A stretch of 61,449 nt of DNA, counting the filler. It is 6 parts of 6 records of this genome, joined end to end, with 100 filler letters (N's around TTAATTAATTAA, not from the genome) between each part and the next. Parts side by side here need not be neighbours in the genome. Positions count along the whole stretch, not along the records: positions 51,863 to 61,449 come from DRR378314_522; 5 more parts are not named here. One strand, 5' to 3'. Under the pieces are notes generated by a model. That model saw only the letters and a list, made by a program, of their open reading frames with translations, made no database searches and was not told where the DNA came from. The translations under genes were made by a program, and so were the position numbers. Shown here piece by piece: positions 55,201 through 61,449 of the stretch. Each line of letters starts with the position of its first letter. Positions within the stretch are counted from its first letter, which is position 1.

Positions 55201-55930
55201 CACGAATGCAAATAAATAAATAAATAGAAATAAAATGAAGCGGAAGAAGGACAAGGCGAGCAGTAATTGTTTCTCAAGTACACTCCTTGAATCTATATAG
55301 GAAAATAGTGTGTACACAGAGCTTTCACATTGGTCAAAGGTGCAGTCGGCAGAAGCAGTGTGAAGGCGGACTGTTCCGCGCATCCCTGCTACAGCGCTCG
55401 CTGGCAGCTGCTGTTGCAGCAACTGCGCGTGCAGGTATACAAACAGCGCAGCGCACGGCGTCGCAATTCTTCGAACGACTATCACTATATTTGGTCGCAA
55501 CGTAGCCGTAAACCTTGGTCGGTATCTTTGCAGGTCTTCTATTAGCAAGCGAATCTAGCCGCCGTATCTTGCAGCTCGGGTATTTCAAGTTTCTACACGT
55601 GCGGACGAGGTTTGCAGCAACGCTTCCAGCACAGCAGCAGAGTGCGCGCGCCGCTCCCCAAACGACGAAGCACGCTCGCCCTGATGCTCTACGAGCGCAC
55701 GAAGTTTACCTCTGCGTAGCGACTGTCAAGAGGCGCACAATACAGAGCAGCAGTGTATCGAAGTGCCAAGCCTCATCAAATATTTCGTCGAAAGCAGAGC
55801 TTGGGGAGCTATTGCTCTGCCTGCTCGTCGACGGCTGCGTGCGCGCTAGCGCAGCGCTCTCTAGAGCAAGAGCGTGCGGTGCTGTGTCAACAACGAATAC
55901 AATCCGTTGCGACTGGCCCCGTGTGCCCAT
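52260..55930 (-). CDS. Treslin/TICRR-like replication initiation factor, N-terminal part (spliced, probably partial)
   Basis: Exons 55930-55710, 55089-54902 and 54725-54223, plus a long exon within 52260-53654. Motifs QRIVFVVDT, RLLTV, VEWAYKFFDS, LAEVLSEAPWD, NLAIVVGPC, RDIALQFVET and GTVV occur in the order of the Treslin N-terminal domain. Confidence 0.7.
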
Positions 55931-56887
55931 GCCTACACGAACAGGCGACGCACGAGGTCGTCGCTACGCGCGAGTCGCGCCGTCGTGACTCTCCAGCAAA
56001 TAGCAACGCCAAGGCGCGACGCGTTCTGTACGCGGCAGCACGCGCGCCGAGCTATCCACACGGCCAAAAGAGGAGGTTGGCATAGTAGGTTTACGAGGAG
56101 CGGTGTAGGGTTCTCACCGTCTCGTGTCACGCTCAACGAGCGGCGAGGTGGATGCGCTGCGTGGCCCTTGCGAGGCTTGCGACCCGTCGCGCAAACCTGA
56201 CAGCCAAACATACGAAGCGCAGAAAGCTGCGAGTGCGCATTCAGATTACGGTGTATTTGTCCACATAATACGTCGAATTGGAGAAGAAAGGTCATGATGC
56301 CTCGCTATCTGGATCGTTGTGTCCGAAAGAGAGGCTGCAAGCTCCCCGTCCGAGTAGCGAGCCGCGTTTCCCTGTGGACACGCACCAGCATTGCTCGACC
56401 TGCTTCAGAGAGTGCTGCCCACGCACTTACCGAAGCGGGATCCGTTGTGAGGCGTACGGCAATTTTCCGGTGCCCCATTCCCTTGTTTGCTATGTAAAAA
56501 GGTGGCGAATTGGCAGAGCGATAGTTTTTTAAGTGGCGCTTGGGCGTGTGGGCGCAATGCGAAACCAGAAAGGTGCGCATCCACCAGCACTGCGTCCGCG
56601 CCACTCTTGCAGGTGGGCACTTTTTGCTGGGCCAACCTGGTCACACCGCACGCAATGCTAGGCACGCCGGCAGTAAGGTAGAGCGGGCTTGTATGTCCCT
56701 CAGATCATTCATAGCAAACAAATTCCAGCCCGCTGCATCGTTCGGGATACGCCTTTCGCGAACGGGCAAAGAGAGAAGAGCAGCCCAGCCACGGCACTGG
56801 ATGCTGAGCGTGCAAGCCCTGCGTCCTCTGCTGCCAGACACTGCTTCCATGTCTGATTCTCTCCGCAACATGCCAACACCACACAAT

Positions 56888-59289
56888 CTACGAGTGCGAA
56901 AACCAGTTGAAAGTGCCTGTTGCAAAACTGAGCATTGAGAAAAGCACGAGCACAATTCCCGAGACAAAAAAATCCTGGCGCGTCCATAGAATCGGACGAT
57001 CTCCTGTGGAATCCTCTCGTTTCTCAACCTGGCGCCCCCGCTCCTCTTCTAAGAGTGCCATGGAAGTACCGGCACTATCATCGTCTGCGAGGCGCGCGTG
57101 CACTTCGGGAAGCGCAAGCTGTGGTGCATTGTCAAGGCCGAATTGCTGGCGTAGCCCAGCGAGCGCTGCGCGCATCAGAATCAGAACCACGATCTCAAAG
57201 CCGATCCCCCAAAACGCCCACCCGAGAAGATTATTCATCCCATCCGGCCCATTTTCCGGATTCGGATCAATATTTACAGAGACGAGAGTCAAGATAATCT
57301 GAACAGCCGCATCGATGAAGACGCAGTATTGCTTCGCAAATCGTGTGTTATAGATGTGCACAATCGCTCCGATGGTCGAGCCCGTCATCACCTGGCCCAC
57401 CGAATGGAATCCTGCGCGCAGGTGAAACATCGCCCACGTGCCGTCCCATGCGATAAGACCGTTGTTCCAAAGGTACAACACAGGGGGATACGCCTAATAC
57501 ACATCGATGCATTACATTCAACTTTACGTCCAGAAAATAAAACAGCAAACTAACGGACAGCAACCGCAGAGATCAATGAGAAGAGGGGGGTGAAGGGAGG
57601 CGTTCGCGAAGGATGTGCGCAAACGATGGCGACGGCGTGCGCCCGCTCCACGAACCCTGGCGCACTGGTCCAAACGATCGCAATCGAAGAGCGACAATCG
57701 ACGATGAGGTGCAGCTGCATGCTTGGAGGCGCCGCTACTAATCACAACCGCAAGCTGCAGCGTACCTAAAGTGGTCCTTTCTGCACACACAGCGAGTACA
57801 ATGAATATGCCGAGCGCGCGCGAAAAAGACTGCAAGAAGAAATCGACACGTAGTATTTCCCAGTTTTCGCACCCGCATGCCTTGTGAGAAAACCGATGGC
57901 GATAGCATATGCTTTCCGATGGCACAGAAATAGGCTTCGCGTAATTGCGAAGAGATAGAAAGAGATGTGCATGTGCACGGCTCTGCCAGCGCATGCGACA
58001 GCGTGGACGCGCAGCAGCCAGGGGGCAGAAACGCAGACACGCGGCGAACCTTGGAAGCGACGGGGCTGGTTTTTTGGTCGATCAGGAAAGCGCCAAGCAC
58101 GGCGCCACCCATTGCGTCTCCTGATGGCATCCCATACTTGCTTCCAATCTGCATGCCAATATACAGCGGCCGAGAGGATACATGATGCGACATATTTCAA
58201 TAATTTCCGTCAGTATCATTCTCTTTTTCTTTGGGGTGGGAGCACTTCCGCACAGATGCTGCTGCACGAACAGGTGCACAGTGCAGCCCAAACCTACTGA
58301 GCACCCGAGCAACAAACGGCAGCGCACAGTCCCTCCTGGAAATATCACCTGTTCTTCCTGACGGCGATTGTATAGGAAGTGCGAAAAGCGTTATAAGATA
58401 ACAGAAAACAAGCCGTCATTATCCTTGAGAAGCCTCTCCGATACAAGGGAGCGGGGTGAGTTCGTACCTGTGCGTATGCTGCTCCTCCCGCAGAAGCACA
58501 TGCGCACGGACGGCGCTGGCGGAAAACGCAATACAGTCCAACGTCGAGGATGAGCTGCAAACCAAGGAGCGCAACGCATCGGCCGGTTAGCAAAGCATCG
58601 ATGAACAGTTTTATCTATGACAAATATGGGGAAAGACTTTTCCTATACGCAAAAAAAAACATACCGTGAACGTGATACGATGCAGGTAGTTGAGCACAGT
58701 CATGTAGGTTCGCGCAAACGAGTTCTTGTTCTCCCCTCGCCGCGAAACGAGATTCGGAAGAAGGAGCAAAAGCCCCACAACGAAAATCGCTTGCGCACGC
58801 GGATTTACGAACTGCAAGTAGATTTTGTTACCAACACACAAACACATTCCATAATGTCAGACAATAATCGTCTGTGAAAAAAAGAGACGGGGAGTGGTAG
58901 CGGAAGAAAATGCGTGCGTGCGAAAGATGCATAGCCTGTGGCGGCACGCTATGGCAAGCGTTCTGGCCAGACGGGAGCCTGCTCCGGCGCATCCATCACA
59001 AGACGCGAAGCAGAGTGGCGTGCCACATTGCAATCACACAAAGACGCCATAGTCACAAGCTACTACATTCACACGCGTGTTGTGACAAGTAAACGACGCC
59101 AGTGGTCTCACGAGGCGCTAGTCGCACCTGCTTCACAGTTGACGCGAGCACTGTCCAAAAATTCGGGTCCTGGTGGAAGCAGCGATTGAAAAAAGAGCCG
59201 TCCAGCGTGTTCCGGCAGTCGGATGCTTGTGCAGCGTGCAGCACAGCTGCCACAATGAAAACTAATTCCAACTTTCCCATCTTCACCAT
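56888..59289 (-). CDS. PAP2-superfamily integral membrane phosphatase-like protein, 6 exons, about 360 aa
   Basis: Exons 59289-59128, 58811-58665, 58554-58468, 58148-58050, 57829-57766 and 57411-56888 sum to 1083 nt in frame. Motifs YCVFRQRRP, YGMPSGD and ERTTLGFHSVGQV are dolichyl-diphosphatase-like. Confidence 0.75.
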
Positions 59290-60054
59290 CGCGATGCGAA
59301 GCGTATGGTGCTCTATACCTCGCGGCGCGTGCACGAAAGCGATGTACAGTCGGTGCTGAGCGACAATGGGGCGCGCACCACTGCGCGCGCCTCGGTTCGT
59401 ACGTACACGTTTCAGGTACAATATATATGCTATGAGCTACATCACCGCTAGGAGATATCCAGATTACTTTGCCATTCCTTTGAAAGCACTGCGCACGCCT
59501 CGCTGACGTGAGAGTCCTGTACTGCGCAGGGGGGCAGGTATTCCAACCCTACGTCATCTCAAACCAAAGAGTACCGCAGTCTCAATCTGTATCTTACATT
59601 ATCCTGGAAGCAGAGGTGAGGGATGCCGCTTACACGAGTACACTTGCGGTCAGACCGGCAGCTGTCCGCAACAAGCGTCGCACCAGGCGGTTCCTGTGCT
59701 TCGCGATATAGGGGTGATCACGTTAACCTCTACCGCAGGGATAGGCCGTGCTCATGGGCGCTGCGAGCGCACACGCGCCTTTCGCTGTGCTCCGCGCGTT
59801 GGCTCGCGAGCACAGGGCAAAGCGGTGCGCCGGCGTCACGTTTGGGCACTTTCTTTCGCGAACGCTCGAGAACGGAAATCCTGGCAATCATACAAAAATA
59901 TCTGCGAGAGGCAGTGGTTGCTTTTCCCATTCTTCTCGAGGGCGAGTCGCGCGCTGCTGTTTACGCAGACGCCGCGCGTGTTTCTACCCTCTCGTTGCCG
60001 ACCTGTTGCGCTCTGCAGCCTGTTGCTGCCGGCTCTGAGCCGAGGGTGTGAGCG

Positions 60055-61115
60055 ATGGCGAACCGTACAGATGTTATGGCTCGCTCCATTCACGGAATGA
60101 ACCCGCAGTTTCTGATCCAAAAGATTGTTCGAGATAGAATCTATGCGACCAGATATTGGAAGGAGCAATGCTTTGGCTTGCGCGGTACGTACTTGTCCGC
60201 TCCGCGAGTGTCTGCGGAACACCGGTAGGCCCAGCTGCGTGTACTCGCGTTCCGCCGCGCGCAAATCGCAACCCCCTAGCCGCTCTGTACGAGTCCCGTA
60301 CGTACGACGCGACCTCTTATTTGAAATTGGTTAGTCTGACCAATGCTCCTCGTGGAAGAACACTCTCGTTTCGTAAGATAAGCTTGCATGTTGTGCCGAA
60401 ACTCGCAGTCAATGAAGACCGAGTGCACTCCACTTTGAAGTGCGCCACTCGTGCTGTTCCGGCGCAAGCTGTGGCGCGGTGGCGAGCACGTCCTGCACGA
60501 CTGCAGCGTTGGCATACGTTTCTGTCTTGCCACGTATTATTTGCTTCTTTGGCTAGCAAGAAGCTGCACGCCCATGTCATTCATTTTCTCTTGCTCTCTT
60601 CGTTCCTAATTTGTGGTATTGGGTTTCTTTCGCTGGGCATTGCAGTGGATGGCGTTGTGGAGAGGGCGTCTGAAATAGACTTCATAGGCGGGCTGTATGG
60701 CGAAGCACGCGCTGCGTCTCCTTTCCTCTGCCTGACTCTGAAACTCCTCCAGATTCAGCCTGATAAAGAGATTATCGTCGAACTCATCAAGAACGAAGAT
60801 TTCAAGTACGTTTCGCGCATTCTTTCGTTTGTGTTGACAGTGCTTGCATAGTGTTGCTCTCGCAATGGCGGGCTGTCCTGGGTAAGCCGAGAGGAGTCGG
60901 AAGGCTGCGAACCGGCACTGTCAAAGTGCTTCTGGCAACGCTGATCGCTCCCTGTGGCTTAGCTCCTCCCTGCTCCTCCTCGGTTTGTGCGCGTAGGTAC
61001 GTGCGTGCACTTGCCGCGTTCTATCTTCGTTTAGTTGGATCTTCGGAGGATATCTACAAGTATCTCGAGCCTCTCTTGAACGATTGGCGGAAGCTGCGGC
61101 GGTGTATAGGAACAG
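60055..61115 (+). CDS. PRP38: Pre-mRNA splicing factor PRP38 (PRPF38A-like), 3'-partial
   Basis: Exons 60055-60184, 60646-60805 and 60997-61115: MANRTD...HGMNPQFLIQKIVRDRIY..YWKEQCFGL, PFLCLTLKLLQIQP, DFKYVRALAAFYLRL, LEPLLNDWRKLR. Confidence 0.93.
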
Positions 61116-61449
61116 GTGCGTCTTCCTTTTTCGCTGCTCAAGTTGCGAGTGCGCGGCTGTCCCTCCCTTGCTGTTTCTGTCTTTCTTTCTTCTTCTTGCT
61201 GAACGCGCTTTGTACACGGCTTTGTACCATGGTTACTTGGGTTTTCGTCAAGGCGTTTGTTCGCTCAGCGAATGCAGTGGTGTATGGTGCATGTGCTGCG
61301 GGCGGCAGCCTTTGGTACAGGTCGCCGTTTTTGTTTCCCTTGTCAACAGTGTTGCAGCGATAGCCAGTGAGTGCCTTCTGCTCGGTATTCTCAGCCCCTG
61401 CTCGCGCGCGCGCAACTCTATTTTCGTTTGACACTTTCTGAATTTCTGC

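Overview
This window is not one continuous locus. It is six contigs joined by identical 100-nt artificial spacers (44 N + TTAATTAATTAA + 44 N). Contig 3 (11276-38726) is a gene-dense, intron-free alphaproteobacterial segment that looks like Rhodobacterales/Roseobacter group. It carries gshB (partial), an esterase, comM, GST, a cobC-like phosphatase, cobU, rpoH2, ChaN, coaBC, a receiver plus CheB-CheR-PAS insert, dut, moeB-like, an amino-acid ABC pair, dcp, ghrA, VOC, LysR, rodA-mrdA-mreDCB, a lysozyme-like gene, rlmJ and leuA (partial). The other five contigs come from an unidentified GC-rich, intron-rich microbial eukaryote. By hand-splicing I reconstructed an MFSD1-like transporter, a TPR protein, a GDP-sugar transporter, a WD40 start, a BLTP2/SABRE-like N-terminus, an LRRC72-like protein, a TBC Rab-GAP, a CHTOP-like RGG protein, a Treslin/TICRR-like protein, an atypical PAP2 phosphatase and PRP38. 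I cannot demonstrate a wholly new system. The best candidates are: (i) the orphan receiver + CheB-CheR fusion that carries its own methylation-site-like heptads, inserted between coaBC and an apparently xenologous dut; (ii) a PAP2 enzyme with two catalytic-motif substitutions; (iii) a protist Treslin retaining the N-terminal domain; (iv) a multi-palindromic REP/MITE-like element. All family assignments are from motif recognition and memory, not database searches.
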